Notes under the pieces: model-generated
Database searches by the model: none
The model's input: only the letters and a program-made list of their open reading frames with translations
What the model was told of the DNA's origin: nothing
Origin: an uncultured Fimbriimonadales bacterium
GTDB lineage: Bacteria; Armatimonadota; Fimbriimonadia; Fimbriimonadales; GBS-DC
DNA length: 64,000 nucleotides
Assembly: GCA_937992175.1 (NCBI GenBank)
Contig: CALKLF010000008.1
Coordinates: 7,847 to 71,846 of the forward strand
Direction: 5' to 3'
Translations under genes and position numbers: made by a program
Shown here: in pieces, positions 18,137 through 28,159 of the stretch
Position numbering within the stretch: position 1 is the stretch's first letter
How the letters are laid out: each line of letters starts with the position of its first letter

Positions 18137-21028
18137 CTAACCCGCATCTACAATCGATTTCAGCTCAGCCAGTACGGTCATCAGCGTCTCCAGCGGGTGG
18201 TCGCCCAACGGCGTGGTAATCTCGTCAGGTTGGGTGCGCGTGCCGGGAATCGCTTTTTGCAGCGCGAGTTGCCAACGCGCCTTGAGTTTGCGGTCGGGCT
18301 TGAACTTCAGCACGAGGTGTTTGCCGTCGACGCCGATGCTCTGCACGCCCAGCGCGTGGGCGAGGATGCGCTGCTCCATCAGCCGAATGAGGTGCCTCAC
18401 GGGCGCGGGCAGCTCGCCGTAGCGGTCGCGCAGCTCGCGCACCAGCGATTTGAGTTCCTCGCGCGTGCGGCTGCCCGCGATGCGCTTGTAGTAGCCCAGC
18501 CGCTGCGCCACATCCGCGATGTAATCGTGCGGAATGAAGGCGTCTACGGGCAGCTTGCTCGCGTCGGGCAGATCCTCTTGCACGGGGGCTTCCAGATCCC
18601 AGCTGGTTTCGCCCTTGCGCAGGCGGCGGATGGCGTCGCGCAGCATCGCCTGATACAGCTCCAGCCCCACCGAACGCATCGCGCCGTGCTGCTCCTCGCC
18701 CAGCAGGTTGCCCGCGCCGCGTATCTCCAAATCACGCAACGCCAGCGCAAAGCCCGAACCTAAGTGCGAGAACTCCTTGAGCGCCTGCAGCCGCTCCTCC
18801 GCCTTCTCCCCCAGTCGTCCCGCCTTAAACAGAAAGTAAGCATACGCCTGCCTATCCGAACGCCCCACACGCCCACGCAACTGATACAACTGCCCCATGC
18901 CAAACCGCTCCGCCCCCTCCACAATCAGCGTGTTCACATTCGGCATATCTAACCCATTCTCAATAATCGTGGTGCTGACCAGCACATCGTATTCGTGATT
19001 GTAAAACGCCAGAATGATATCTTCCATCTCGCGGGCGGGCATTTGCCCATGTGCGACGGCGATGCGGGCATGCGGAACCAGTTTTTGCAGCCGCTCGGCG
19101 ACATGCGTGATGCCCTGAATGCGCGGCACGACATAGAACACCTGCCCGCTGCGCTGCAGCTCGCGGAGAATCGCCTCGCGCGCCATCCAGTCAGTGTAGG
19201 GCGCAACCACTGTGCGGATGGGCAGCCTGCCTGGCGGCGGGTCGGTAATCATGCTCATGTCGCGGATTTCGGTCAGCGCCATATACAGCGTGCGCGGAAT
19301 CGGCGTCGCGCTCATCGACAGTACATCGACTGTACCGCGCAGTTTCTTGAACCGCTCTTTTTGCATCACGCCGAACCGCTGCTCCTCGTCGATAATCACC
19401 AAGCCGAGATTTTTGAACTGCACATCGTCCGAAAGCAGGCGGTGCGTGCCGATGACCATATCGATCGCGCCCGTTTTCAGTCCGTGCAGGATGCGTTTCT
19501 GCTCGGCGGGGCTAATCAGGCGGCTCAGCAGCGCGACCTGCGCTCCGAACGGCTCGAAACGCTCCCTGAAAGTTTGATAGTGCTGATAGGCTAAAATCGT
19601 GGTGGGGCACAGCAGGGCGACCTGCCGTTCCGCCAAGATTGCCTTGAACGCCGCGCGAATCGCCACCTCCGTCTTGCCGAACCCCACATCACCTATTAAC
19701 AGCCTGTCCATCGGGTGCGGCGACTCCAAGTCGGCTTTCACTTCCTGGATGGCGCGGAGTTGCCCCTCGGTCTCGATGTACGGAAACATCGCCTCCATCT
19801 CGGCTTGCCACGGGGTGTCCTCGCCGTAGGGGGGGCGGGTGGCTTTCTCGCGCAGGGCGTAGATACGCACCAGTTCCTCCGCCACCTCTTTGGCTTTCTG
19901 GCGGGCTTTGGCGACCGTGCGCGCCCACGCCGTGCTGCTTAGGCGTTTGATTTCGGGCGGTTTATCGTCGGGCGCGATGTATTTCTGGATGCGGTCTAAC
20001 TGGTCAACGGGCACGAAGATGCGGTCGGGGTGGGCGTACTCGATGAGGAGGTACTCGCGTTTGACGCCCTCGCGCTCTAAGGTGGTCAGCCCCCTGAACA
20101 CGCCCACGCCGTGATAGATATGCACTACATAGTCGCCTGGCTGCAAGTCCATAATGGAGGTGATGGGCACGCCTTCGTTGAAGCGTCGGGGGGGCAGGCG
20201 CAGGCGTCGGTTTTCGAACAGCTCGGCGTCGGTGATGAGAACGAACTTCTGGGCGTCCCACACGAAGCCGCCGCCGAGGTTGCCATGGTGGATAATGACG
20301 CCTTCACCCCCTGACTGACCGTGCGAATGGGGCGCGGGGAGACCCTCACCCCCTGACTGACCGTGCGAATGGGGCGCGGGGAGACCCTCACGACCGTGCG
20401 AATGGGGCGCGGGGAGACCCTCACGACCGTGCGAATGGGGCGCGGGGAGACCCTCACCCCCTGACCCCCTCTCCCACAGCGTGGGAGAGGGGGAACTCGC
20501 TGCGGCGCATGTGGAACTCTCGGCGGCGTGCATGGAACTCTCGGCAGAGTGCGTGGAACTCTCCGCAGAGTGCGTGGAACTCTCCGCAAGGCGCGTGGAC
20601 ATCCCTGCGCCGCGCGGCGACTCCCCCTCTCCCACGCCGTGGGAGAGGGGGCTGGGGGGTGAGGGCAACGAGGCGCGCGGCTCGCCCTGCGGAGGCAGTA
20701 CGCCCCCCACGCCGTGGGAGAGGGGGCTGGGGGGTGAGGGCAACTCCAACATTTCCAACGCCTTTTTCACCTGCGTCGGTCTATCAGTGGCGATGACAAT
20801 CGTGTAGCCCGCCTTATGCCAGTTGGCGATGCGTTGCCAGATGTCCGCGCCGCTGGAGACCGTGCGCAGGGAGCGTGTCCCAGGCGTGAACTCCTGCAGC
20901 GCGCATGGTGCGACGGCATTCCTGCCGTCGCCCTGCGGGGGGTTGGCATTCCTGCCGTCGCTCGGCGTAGCGTCGGCGTCCCGCCGAAGGGTCTCTGGCG
21001 TTGTCGCAGACTGGGCTGGGTTGTGCAT
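18137..21028 (-). CDS. mfd: Transcription-repair coupling factor, N-terminally truncated and carrying repeat-derived insertions
   Basis: RID (GDYVVHIYHGVG), GDVGFGKTEVA, DEEQRFG, QLRGRVGR, RDLEIRGAGNLLG, TRCF domain; UvrB-homology N-terminus largely absent. Confidence 0.93.
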   Translation of the reverse strand: MHNPAQSATTPETLRRDADATPSDGRNANPPQGDGRNAVAPCALQEFTPGTRSLRTVSSGADIWQRIANWHKAGYTIVIATDRPTQVKKALEMLELPSPPSPLSHGVGGVLPPQGEPRASLPSPPSPLSHGVGEGESPRGAGMSTRLAESSTHSAESSTHSAESSMHAAESSTCAAASSPSPTLWERGSGGEGLPAPHSHGREGLPAPHSHGREGLPAPHSHGQSGGEGLPAPHSHGQSGGEGVIIHHGNLGGGFVWDAQKFVLITDAELFENRRLRLPPRRFNEGVPITSIMDLQPGDYVVHIYHGVGVFRGLTTLEREGVKREYLLIEYAHPDRIFVPVDQLDRIQKYIAPDDKPPEIKRLSSTAWARTVAKARQKAKEVAEELVRIYALREKATRPPYGEDTPWQAEMEAMFPYIETEGQLRAIQEVKADLESPHPMDRLLIGDVGFGKTEVAIRAAFKAILAERQVALLCPTTILAYQHYQTFRERFEPFGAQVALLSRLISPAEQKRILHGLKTGAIDMVIGTHRLLSDDVQFKNLGLVIIDEEQRFGVMQKERFKKLRGTVDVLSMSATPIPRTLYMALTEIRDMSMITDPPPGRLPIRTVVAPYTDWMAREAILRELQRSGQVFYVVPRIQGITHVAERLQKLVPHARIAVAHGQMPAREMEDIILAFYNHEYDVLVSTTIIENGLDMPNVNTLIVEGAERFGMGQLYQLRGRVGRSDRQAYAYFLFKAGRLGEKAEERLQALKEFSHLGSGFALALRDLEIRGAGNLLGEEQHGAMRSVGLELYQAMLRDAIRRLRKGETSWDLEAPVQEDLPDASKLPVDAFIPHDYIADVAQRLGYYKRIAGSRTREELKSLVRELRDRYGELPAPVRHLIRLMEQRILAHALGVQSIGVDGKHLVLKFKPDRKLKARWQLALQKAIPGTRTQPDEITTPLGDHPLETLMTVLAELKSIVDAG
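20300..20741. repeat. In-frame composite insertion in mfd: family A hairpins, a 33/42-bp tandem repeat and a 21-bp tandem repeat
   Basis: GACCGTGCGAATGGGGCGCGGGGAGACCCTCAC x4 (20317-20457); GTGGAACTCTC.. x4 (20511-20590); CCCTCTCCCAC..GTGGGAGAGGG hairpins. Confidence 0.9.
20911..20987. repeat. Family C (GTAG-type REP-like) half-copy and GGCATTCCTGCC hairpins near the mfd 5' end
   Basis: GTAGCGTCGGCGTCCCGCCGA matches the copies at 23562, 30023 and 47662. Confidence 0.7.
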
Positions 21029-21128
21029 GGTGCAAAAGCAATATGAGTATACCTATGTTTCAGGCAGCAGAACACAGAGCTTGCGTTCTCACGCAATCAC
21101 AAGCCTGCTCTTCCACTGTATCACCAGT

Positions 21129-21515
21129 TCATGATGGAAGATTTCTACCACTATCTGTACAATCTGTCGCGGTCAGGCGTCGCAAGGCGCAGCAGCATAG
21201 TCTCCGCGTGGGTTCCGAGCGGATATTTGCGCAGAGTGATTGCGGCAGGTTCTCGTCAAGCTTGATTCTCATCATTTGTTGACAGGTAAAGGCGGCAACC
21301 GACGCATTCAGCAACGCGCACAGATAGTATGACTCATCCTTATCGTCAGTCTGGTAGTAAAAGCTGGCGTTGTTCAAAATGATTCCCTTGAAGAGTTCAG
21401 GTTTCTCCCGCAAGTGAGCGGATCGGTGCAATCGCGCCGATTCGGTTTGCAGCCTTTCTATGTCGATTAAGAAGCGCATGGTGGCATCGGTGGGCATCAC
21501 TGTGAATCCAGCCAC
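21129..21515 (-). pseudogene. Fragment resembling the C-terminal region of type IIG/N6 DNA methyltransferase-endonuclease proteins
   Basis: GIILNNASFYYQTDDKDESYYLCALLNAS segment; the rest looks degraded. Confidence 0.4.
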
Positions 21516-21949
21516 GCACGCAACAAGTGCGGATTGATGCGTTGCCCCTGAGTCGCGAAGTAGCGATTCGTTGTGAGTACCCCTACGATGTGTCCCTCGT
21601 TGCCTACCTTCACCACGACTTTTGGTGGGTCGGTGGCATACTTGTTGAAGGCGGAAGTGGAACTGTATTTACTCCCATACTTGCTGTGGGGATTGAAAAG
21701 TCCGTCGGACTTATAGGGGCTGCCCGCGTCATACCTGTTGCCGAGCGCGTTGGAACCGCTCCGAGCGATTCTACCGAGATTTTCGCCATCTGCGCCAATC
21801 ACATAGGCGTCGAGGCGCTCCAGCTCTTCAAAGTCGCGGAACAGGGCGCGTTGACGAGCCTCGATATCGGGCACAAGGATTTGATGAGCAGCCGAGCCGA
21901 GACCGAAAGTCATGGCTATCGTCGCCAATGCGAGCCATTGATTTCGCAT
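21497..21949 (-). CDS. Exported hypothetical protein
   Basis: Signal-peptide-like N-terminus preceded by a GAGG Shine-Dalgarno; YGSKYSSTSAFNKYATDPP motif. Confidence 0.7.
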   Translation of the reverse strand: MRNQWLALATIAMTFGLGSAAHQILVPDIEARQRALFRDFEELERLDAYVIGADGENLGRIARSGSNALGNRYDAGSPYKSDGLFNPHSKYGSKYSSTSAFNKYATDPPKVVVKVGNEGHIVGVLTTNRYFATQGQRINPHLLRAWLDSQ

Positions 21950-22040
21950 CGCAGTTCCTCCTGGATGGAAAGCACTCTCTGTTCTTGGAGAGGCTTCCCT
22001 AAAAATATACCATCACCCAAGCTGTGACTTACCGATTCAG

Positions 22041-22135
22041 AGCAGGCGAGATTCCTCTCGCTTCGCTCGGAATGACAAGTTCGTTTTCGCAAAACCGTTC
22101 TGTCATTCCGAGCGAAGCGAGGAGTCTCGCCTGCT
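22041..22135. repeat. Family B inverted repeat (GAGATTCCTCGCTTCGCTCGGAATGAC...GTCATTCCGAGCGAAGCGAGG)
   Basis: Long hairpin; further copies at 28915, 45372, 47798 and 54318. Confidence 0.9.
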
Positions 22136-22299
22136 TCATGCCGTGTTCCAGTGGCGTTGTCGCAGGAAGCGCTTATTGCAGCGACAGTTGCACATACAAG
22201 GGATCAAGCGGAGTGTGGCTTTCTACCCGCTCTTCGAGAGCAGAACTTCGCAGGAATCGGGGGAACACGGATGTATTAAGAAAGGCAAGGAGGTATTTT

Positions 22300-23271
<972 letters not shown>

Positions 23272-23284
23272 GCAGAAGGAGGCG

Positions 23285-23491
23285 ATGATGAAGGCGGAAG
23301 TACCATCCTGGTTGGCTGTGGCACTGATTGTGCTGGCAATCGCGCTCGTTGGGGGCTGGCTTTTCTATTCAACCAGTCAGCCTGCTAACAACACCGTAAT
23401 CCAGAAAGACTACGGCGACGAGTCGAACCCGTTCGGCAATCAGCCGCCGCCGCAAGGTGCACGCCCTGGCGCAGGCGCAAGCGGGCCGTGA
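23285..23491 (+). CDS. Small single-TM protein downstream of the DUF1559 gene
   Basis: AAGGAGG Shine-Dalgarno, hydrophobic helix, Pro/Gly-rich tail. Confidence 0.75.
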   Translation: MMKAEVPSWLAVALIVLAIALVGGWLFYSTSQPANNTVIQKDYGDESNPFGNQPPPQGARPGAGASGP

Positions 23492-23561
23492 ACGAAACGG
23501 CTCCTCGCTGTGCTTGGAAAGGCAACGGTTGCTATACCAATAGGGGTTTCAAGGACACAGT

Positions 23562-23621
23562 TCGTCGGCGGGGGCACCGACACTACGCACGCGCTCGTAG
23601 CGTCGGCGTCTCCGCCGACGA
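23562..23621. repeat. Family C GTAG-type inverted repeat between convergent genes
   Basis: TCGTCGGCGG...CTAC / GTAG...CCGCCGACGA. Confidence 0.8.
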
Positions 23622-23636
23622 TTCGACTGCCCGAAC

Positions 23637-25229
23637 CTAATGTGCGATATGGTGCGCCCGCACCTCGCGCACAACGGTGACCTTTACCTGACCTGGATAC
23701 TCCAGCTCGGACTGGATTTTGTGCGCAATTTCACGGGCAAGCTGATGGGCGCGCAAATCGTCCACCTCGTTCGGCTTGACCAGCACGCGCACCTCGCGCC
23801 CCGCCTGAATCGCGTACACTTTCTCTACCCCTTCGAAGCTCATGGCGATGCGCTCCAGTTCCTGCATACGGCGCAGGTACTGCTGGAGCGACTCGCGCCG
23901 CGCCCCCGGACGCGCCGCCGAAATCGAGTCGGCGATAATCACCACATGCGCTTCGAGGCTGGCGGGCGGGATATCGTGATGGTGCGCGCCGACGGCGTTG
24001 CACACAATCTCGCTCTCACCGTAGCGACGCAGGAGCTCCATGCCAATCAGCGCGTGCGGTCCCTCGGTGGTGTTTTCCAGCGCCTTGCCGATATCATGAA
24101 AGAGGGCGGCGCGTTTGACCACGCGCGTATCCAGCTTCAGCTCCGCCGCGAGCAAGCCCGCCAGAGTTGCCACCTCGATGGAGTGATCCAACACATTTTG
24201 CGCGTAGCTGGTGCGGTAGCGCAGCTTGCCGAGCGTGCGCACAATCTCAGGGTGGACGCCCGTCAATCCGACCTGCAGCACGGCTTCCTCGCCCGTCTGC
24301 CAGATGCGTCGCTCCACCTCGCTCTTGGCGCGTTCGTACTCCTCTTCGATGCGGGCGGGGTGGATGCGCCCGTCGTTAATCAGGTTCAGCATCGTGATTC
24401 GGGCGATTTCGCGGCGGATTGGCTCGAACGAGGACAGTACGACCGCTTCAGGCGTGTCGTCGATGACCACATCGACGCCCGTGATATGCTCAAAGTGGCG
24501 GATGTTGCGTCCTTCGCGTCCGATAATGCGCCCTTTGATGTCCTCGCTGGGCAAATGGATGACCGTAATCGTGTTCTGCGCGACATGCTCGACCACGCAG
24601 CGCTGCACGGTGTCCAGAATCACCTCGCGGGCGCGGCGCTCGGCGTCGCGTCGGGCGTCTTCTTCGATTTGCCGTGCGAGAATCGCGGCTTCGTGTTCGA
24701 TTTCGTCGCGAATCTCTTTCAGGAGCAGTTCGCGCGCCTGCTCCGCGCTCATGCCACTGATGCGCTCCAGCTCGAAGCGCCGCTGGTGCATCAGCTCGCG
24801 CAGCTCGCCCTGTTTCTTGGTGAGCAGCGCCTCGCGCTCCATCAGCGTATGCTCTTTCTGTTCGAGCAGTTCGAATCGATGTTCGAGCAGTTCCTCACGC
24901 TGGAGCAGGCGTTGCTCGAGGCGCAGGATTTCCGAGCGTTTCTCGCGGGCTTCCTGTTCCGCTTGTTCGATGATTTTGTGCGCCTCTTCACGGGCTTGCA
25001 GGCTCGCCTCGCGTTTGAGCGTTTCGCACTCGCGTTCCAGTTGCGTGCGCTGTTGCGCGAGTCGCTCGGTCTCGCGGCGCGCTTCTTCGAGGGCGCGCTG
25101 CGCCTCTAAGTTTTCCTGCTGGGTCTGGCTACTCAGGTGCGCCTGCGCGCGTCGACTTGCGAGCCAGTACCCCGCACCCGCGGCAACCAGCGCGACAACA
25201 ACGGTTATAACGCCGAATATGAGTTCCAT
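23637..25229 (-). CDS. rny: Ribonuclease Y
   Basis: N-terminal TM, coiled coil, KGRIIGREGRNIR KH domain, HDIGK HD domain, ISAARPGARRE. Confidence 0.97.
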   Translation of the reverse strand: MELIFGVITVVVALVAAGAGYWLASRRAQAHLSSQTQQENLEAQRALEEARRETERLAQQRTQLERECETLKREASLQAREEAHKIIEQAEQEAREKRSEILRLEQRLLQREELLEHRFELLEQKEHTLMEREALLTKKQGELRELMHQRRFELERISGMSAEQARELLLKEIRDEIEHEAAILARQIEEDARRDAERRAREVILDTVQRCVVEHVAQNTITVIHLPSEDIKGRIIGREGRNIRHFEHITGVDVVIDDTPEAVVLSSFEPIRREIARITMLNLINDGRIHPARIEEEYERAKSEVERRIWQTGEEAVLQVGLTGVHPEIVRTLGKLRYRTSYAQNVLDHSIEVATLAGLLAAELKLDTRVVKRAALFHDIGKALENTTEGPHALIGMELLRRYGESEIVCNAVGAHHHDIPPASLEAHVVIIADSISAARPGARRESLQQYLRRMQELERIAMSFEGVEKVYAIQAGREVRVLVKPNEVDDLRAHQLAREIAHKIQSELEYPGQVKVTVVREVRAHHIAH

Positions 25230-25254
25230 AGAAACCTCCTTGAGCGTATTGGGA

Positions 25255-25719
25255 CTACGGCTCGTCGTTCAGGCGCGGGTTCCAACGGCGCAGGGCGTTC
25301 TGGGCGAGTTCGGGTTCGAAACCACGCTGCAGCAGGAACCGAAACCAGCGCGCGACTTCGCGCGGCTCGGCTTCTGCGGGCGGCTCGCCAAAACGCCTGA
25401 AAAGAGCGTGCACGGCGCGGCTCTCCTCGTCGCCCTCCAGTTCGGGCGGACTCAAGCCGCGGCGGGCGAACTCTTGCTCGATGCGCGAGCGACCCGACGG
25501 CTGCTCATCGGTATAGCGCTCGGTCAGGCGTTCACTCAGACGCTCGTCCGAGAGATACCCTTCGGCACGGAGCCACTCGATAGCTTCGCGTGTTTCCGAT
25601 TCGTCGTAGCCTTTCGCGGCTAATCGCTGCGCCAGTTCATAAGTGGATAGGTCGCGCACCCTGAGCCAGCGCAGCGACTGCGCAATCGCCTGCGCCAGGC
25701 GTCCCGATTGCCCCTGCAT
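25255..25719 (-). CDS. recX: Regulatory protein RecX
   Basis: LRVRDLSTYELAQRLAAKGY, GYLSD, G..RI...F..RGL, FLLQRGF. Confidence 0.88.
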   Translation of the reverse strand: MQGQSGRLAQAIAQSLRWLRVRDLSTYELAQRLAAKGYDESETREAIEWLRAEGYLSDERLSERLTERYTDEQPSGRSRIEQEFARRGLSPPELEGDEESRAVHALFRRFGEPPAEAEPREVARWFRFLLQRGFEPELAQNALRRWNPRLNDEP

Positions 25720-25804
25720 CGCTCGCCTGCCTCCAGAACGACGAACGCTTCACGGCGGCAGACTCATCCTGCCGAGGATGATTCAATTAATGATACCCAA
25801 CCGC

Positions 25805-26272
25805 TCAGCGTTTAGTTCCGTCGGGCGGGCGAATGAAAATCTGGGTCAGGTAATAGCGTCGATCGCGCGGGCAATAGACCACGCCGACCCCTGCATGGGT
25901 GAACTCTTTTTGCAGGATGTTCGCGCGATGTCCCGGGCTTTCCATCCATCCCTGCACGGCGACCTGCGCGGGGTTCTCATAGCCGTGCAGCATAAAGATA
26001 TTCTCGCCGCAGGCGCGCCACGGGACGCGGAAACGGTTCAGGCGTTTATCCACATTGCCCAGTCGGGGGTCTTCGTGGTCGAAAAAGTTCCGTTCCGCCA
26101 TGTTTTTGCTGTGGTCGCGGGCGGCGCGGGCGACATCCTCGCGCCATACAAGCGGCGGCAGTTTCGCGCGACAGCGCTGCTCGTTAACTAGGTGATGCAC
26201 GCGCTGCTCCAGATCGCGCAGCTCGCGCTCGGTCGGCTCCTTTCGCGATGGTTCCCGGCGTCGTTGCGGCAT
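25805..26272 (-). CDS. CAP (SCP-like) domain protein
   Basis: AARDHSKNM, FFDH, GENI, GWMESPGHRANIL. Confidence 0.92.
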   Translation of the reverse strand: MPQRRREPSRKEPTERELRDLEQRVHHLVNEQRCRAKLPPLVWREDVARAARDHSKNMAERNFFDHEDPRLGNVDKRLNRFRVPWRACGENIFMLHGYENPAQVAVQGWMESPGHRANILQKEFTHAGVGVVYCPRDRRYYLTQIFIRPPDGTKR

Positions 26273-26283
26273 GACGCTTCTTC

Positions 26284-26394
26284 CTATTCCAGTTCGATTC
26301 TGCGTTCACGCAGGGCGTTGCGCAATCGCTCAGCCCACGGTTTCGCTCGCCGAGCGCGGTTCGGTTTTGTGGGCGCAGACGCCTGAGTCGCCAT
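26284..26394 (-). CDS. Putative 36-aa leaderless small ORF (MATQASAPTKPNRARRAKPWAERLRNALRERRIELE)
   Basis: ATG 9 nt downstream of GGTATAAT; stop 11 nt before the CAP gene. Confidence 0.35.
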   Translation of the reverse strand: MATQASAPTKPNRARRAKPWAERLRNALRERRIELE

Positions 26395-26458
26395 AACATG
26401 CCAATTATACCGATTATTAGCAGGAGGCGCGCCAGCGACGGCGAACCTTAGGAGCGTC

Positions 26459-27259
26459 ATGGCAAAACGCGGTGTGATGGAAGTCTCGCTGGTGTTCCCC
26501 GAAGCCGAAATAATTCGGCGCTATTATCGCGGGCTGATTTATCTGGCGGCGCGCACCTGCTACAGCGAGAAGACGCCCCAGCAAATCTGGGGCGAGTTCC
26601 TCGCCGACAAGACGCCCCCAGAGCGAGTGATGAAGCTAATTGAACATGTGGTGGAATCGGGGCACCACAGCACGATTGAGCATATCAGCTTCACCTTCGC
26701 GATATCGGGGGTGAGCCGTGCGCTGAGCCATCAGCTCGTGCGCCATCGCATCGGCGTCGCGTTCGATCAGCAGAGCCAGCGCTATGTGAAATACAAGGAG
26801 CCGCAGTATGTCACCCCGCCCAGCATCGAGGCGAACCCCGACGCGCTGCAGGAGTTCGAACGCTTCCGCGATGTGAGCGAGGAGATTTACCACCGCTTTC
26901 TGGAGCAGGGCATCCCCGCGGAGGACGCGCGGTTCATCTTCCCCAACGCCGTGACGACCAATCTGATTATGACGGTGAACCTGCGGCAGCTAATGCACAT
27001 GGCGGGGCTGCGCCTGTGCACGCTCGCCCAGTGGGAAATTCGACAGATGTTCAAACTGATTCGCAAAGAGGTGATGGCGGCGGATCCGTACTTTGGCAAG
27101 TTGCTGGTTCCCAAGTGCGTGCCGCTGGGCTATTGCGACGAGAAGCGCAACGAGGACGAACACTGCAAGATACGCCCCCACAAGAACTCAGTGTTCCGCG
27201 TGTGGGAGCTGTATAAGCGGGGGAACTTGGTCGAGCGAACGAACCCGGATGGCCAATAG
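26459..27259 (+). CDS. thyX: FAD-dependent thymidylate synthase
   Basis: GHHSTIEH, RHRIGVAFDQQSQRY, EDARFIFP, AQWEIR. Confidence 0.96.
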   Translation: MAKRGVMEVSLVFPEAEIIRRYYRGLIYLAARTCYSEKTPQQIWGEFLADKTPPERVMKLIEHVVESGHHSTIEHISFTFAISGVSRALSHQLVRHRIGVAFDQQSQRYVKYKEPQYVTPPSIEANPDALQEFERFRDVSEEIYHRFLEQGIPAEDARFIFPNAVTTNLIMTVNLRQLMHMAGLRLCTLAQWEIRQMFKLIRKEVMAADPYFGKLLVPKCVPLGYCDEKRNEDEHCKIRPHKNSVFRVWELYKRGNLVERTNPDGQ

Positions 27260-27295
27260 CACGCTACAGCGACTCGGTCGGTATAATTCCCTTCG

Positions 27296-28159
27296 ATGAA
27301 GCCGTCGGAGTGGCTTGCGATTCGCGTGGTGGCGCCGCCGCCTGCATGGGATGCCGTCGCCGCCGTGCTGATCGATTCAGGCTGCGCGGGCGTGGAGCTG
27401 CGCGACCAGCCCTATAGCGTGGTCGCGTACCTTCCCCAATCGGAGCAGGAGCGCATTCCGACCATCGAGGCGCAGCTGCAGCGTCTCCCCGAATACGATC
27501 TGCCCCCTGTCCACAAGTTCGAGGTGCAATCCGTGAATGAGCAGAACTGGCACACGGCGTGGCGTCGCTATTTTCGCAGTCGTCGGTTCGGGGAGCGGAT
27601 TCGCGTACAGCCCAGCTGGAGCCGTCATCAGCCCACCCATGACGAGATTCTGATTCAGCTGGATCCTGGGCTAGCATTCGGCACAGGGGGGCACGCCACC
27701 ACCGCGTTGTGTCTGGAACTGCTGGAGCAGTACCTGCAGCCTGGGGTGCGTGTCGCGGATGTGGGGACGGGCACGGGGATTTTAGCGATTGCGGCGGCGA
27801 AGCTCGGCGCGCGCGAGGTCATTGCCGTCGACAACGACGAACTCGCCGTCAAGATTGCGCAGGGCAATATCGAGCGCAACGGCGTCGCGGAGCGCGTGCG
27901 GGCGCAGGTTGGCGACGGCTTCCACGCGCTGGAGGGAACTTTTGACCTGATTGTGTGCAACATCATCAGCGAGTTTCTAATCGCGAGTGCGCCGCAGGTT
28001 CCGCCGTGGCTGGATACGGGGGGCGTCTATCTGATTTCAGGAACCAGCGGGCGCAACTGGCGCAGAGGCGTGCGCCGCGCGATTGAATCTGCAGGTTTGA
28101 CGCTGGAGGAGGTGCGCAAACGCCGTACATGGGTCGCCGCCGCGTTTCGCAAGTTGTGA
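27296..28159 (+). CDS. prmA: Ribosomal protein L11 methyltransferase
   Basis: LDPGLAFGTGGHATT, DVGTGTGILAIAAAKLGA. Confidence 0.95.
   Translation: MKPSEWLAIRVVAPPPAWDAVAAVLIDSGCAGVELRDQPYSVVAYLPQSEQERIPTIEAQLQRLPEYDLPPVHKFEVQSVNEQNWHTAWRRYFRSRRFGERIRVQPSWSRHQPTHDEILIQLDPGLAFGTGGHATTALCLELLEQYLQPGVRVADVGTGTGILAIAAAKLGAREVIAVDNDELAVKIAQGNIERNGVAERVRAQVGDGFHALEGTFDLIVCNIISEFLIASAPQVPPWLDTGGVYLISGTSGRNWRRGVRRAIESAGLTLEEVRKRRTWVAAAFRKL

Noticed and set aside
20317-20600. Regular repeats in mfd as a CRISPR array
   Set aside because: Units are head-to-tail without unique spacers, keep the reading frame, and there are no cas genes in the window.
22041-22135. Family B hairpin as a riboswitch or ncRNA
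   Set aside because: It is multi-copy, also occurs inside a coding region, and shows no recognisable aptamer motif.
22024-22299. Upstream extension of the DUF1559 ORF
   Set aside because: It runs through a family B repeat; the prepilin motif and Shine-Dalgarno place the start at 22300.
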